A DNA stretch of 64,000 bases from Pavona decussata (Eukaryota), in contig CDRNST010000119.1 of assembly GCA_977016875.1 (NCBI GenBank), forward strand, positions 620,001-684,000, read 5' to 3'. Below, piece by piece: positions 62,394 through 64,000 of the stretch; positions within the stretch are counted from its first letter, which is position 1; each line of letters starts with the position of its first letter. A model generated the notes under the pieces. The model had not been told where the DNA came from. It worked only from the letters and a program-made list of their open reading frames with translations, and searched no databases. Made by a program: the position numbers and the translations under genes.

Positions 62394-63730
62394 TCAGTTG
62401 CACGAATCCAGGCTTTCACCTTGTTCCATAAACGGGTTTCCAAGTTCTTCATATGAAGATACAGTATTCAGAACGTTGTTGGAGAATGCATTCTGGACAG
62501 CTGGTTGCTGCTCATGATGGGTCACATTTTCCTCTGTCAAAGAGTTACTGCCTTCAAATTCTTGAACCATTCTGGATAGTTCAGGACCTGCCACCATCCA
62601 TCTTCTTAGAGCCACTGGATTCTCAGTAATTCCAACTGCGCCTCCTCCTTTAACGACGGCATTAACCTGCTCATGACAATGATTTAGCGCTATGGACAAG
62701 AACAGTTTGGTGGTCTTGTGTACTACAAAAGAGCCATTACTGAAATCTTTGTACATACTTGGATGAGTGGATCAAAGGACACATGTGTCTGTAGTGCAAA
62801 AGCCACTTGGCATAGTTAGAACGGGCCATCACAAACATCCATGGCAGTATCTGTCATAAGGCATCGATGTACAAAGAAAAGTTACCTTCTCTGAGAGCTC
62901 TCATCAGCTGTAGACAGACCAGCTCCAGATTGAGCACTGGAGACCAGTAATAAAACTGCGGTGACTTTTTCGACATTTCATTTTTCCATTTTTCTTTTGA
63001 CAACAGGTTTTTCTTGCTCAGTTTCTCTCGACTTGGCTTGATATTTACTGTAGGCTTTACTCATCAGAATATGCTGACTTGTAGCCGTCACCTGGTGTGC
63101 GCGTCGTGTACAGGTTACATGGCTTGCCGAAAGAAATGACTCTGCTATTCCTTGCGTTGCTACTTCGATGTTGCACATGACCTCTGCCCACCCGCTTCCA
63201 CTCAGCCACTTACCAAACCTTTTGAAGGACACCATCTCTATGTGCAGTCCCCCAAGCATGATGGCAAATTCTGCTTTACTAAACTCGGGAAGTGTCCATT
63301 GAATTTGCTTTAATAAGGCAAACAGTGGCTGATCTAATGCGATGACTAGAGCCTGTAAGAGGTTGACATGCTGCAGAGCAGACTTGATCACACACATACT
63401 GTGCGCTATCATGGTCAAGGAATGAGCATTCTCTACAAACATCGACAGCAGAGAAATAATTGCAGGCTTATTGCTAGACAGTGAGGATTGAGAAGCTCTG
63501 TATGAGTCTTGTGGAGTAGTGTTTGTTCGAATCTTTTGTTTTCTTCTACTGGCAACTCACAGCTAGTCACATTAATTCCAAGCTTCTTGAATTCCTGGGT
63601 ATTTCTAATAAAGGAAAGGTAACCAGCGCCAACATCTTTTCTTTTCGAGTTTGCTGGACACTGTAGGCTTTCCCCTGTGGTTTTCTGGCAGATAACGCAT
63701 CGCCTCCAGTCCATGATTAGCTGAAAATTG
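62394..63730 (-). pseudogene. Academ transposase N-terminal/core part, internally deleted
   Basis: MDWRRCVICQ..LQCP, VIALDQPLFAL.KQIQW, MLGGLHIEM, IAL.HCHEQ.NA.VKG.GGAVG, LRRWMVAGPE. Confidence 0.8.
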
Positions 63731-64000
63731 AAATTCCTTTCTACTTTTCAATTTCAATACGAATAAAAAAACACGATGAAAGTATGAATTTTTGCGCCAA
63801 CATCTTGTGCCTAGGGAAAAAAAAATCTTGTGCTTAGGGTAAAATAATCTATTTCTTACTGATAGTGCAAAAAAAACTAATATTGTACGTAGAAATCATA
63901 AATAGTTCTCGCCTGAAATCACTGTAAGTGAAGGTGGCTGTCATCTTGAAAACCGTGCAAGTCCTGGACTCTAGTGCTGAAACAAAACCTTACAACCTCT

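Noticed and set aside
1-63730. The two Academ pieces as ends of one giant element
   Set aside because: They are on opposite strands, and the left piece has its own terminus at 2131.

Overview
Eukaryotic, AT-rich, repeat-saturated DNA. The TE repertoire and short GT-AG introns suggest a cnidarian, probably a scleractinian coral (inference). I find no confident host gene, RNA gene or CRISPR array. The window is a nest of decayed transposons: Academ, DIRS/Ngaro, Merlin, Kolobok-like, Zator-like, piggyBac, Polinton, hAT, MULE, Penelope, CR1/L2 and L1 LINEs, BEL/Pao and many MITEs. Three elements have boundaries readable directly from the sequence and unusual gene content. (1) A 13.6-kb TIR element (46881-60505) inserted in a BEL/Pao pol carries a roughly 11-exon, highly divergent P-element-like DDE transposase and a convergent HIRAN-like gene. 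(2) A 3.2-kb Ngaro-type split-direct-repeat element (52742-55949) has no reverse transcriptase but an intact, spliceable ALOG-domain tyrosine recombinase and an att-like dyad. (3) A 4.65-kb Merlin/IS1595-like element (4306-8957) carries a divergent, intron-containing DUF3987-like P-loop gene. Most TE coding fragments lie on the minus strand. All family assignments come from motif recognition by eye, not database searches, and many boundaries are approximate.
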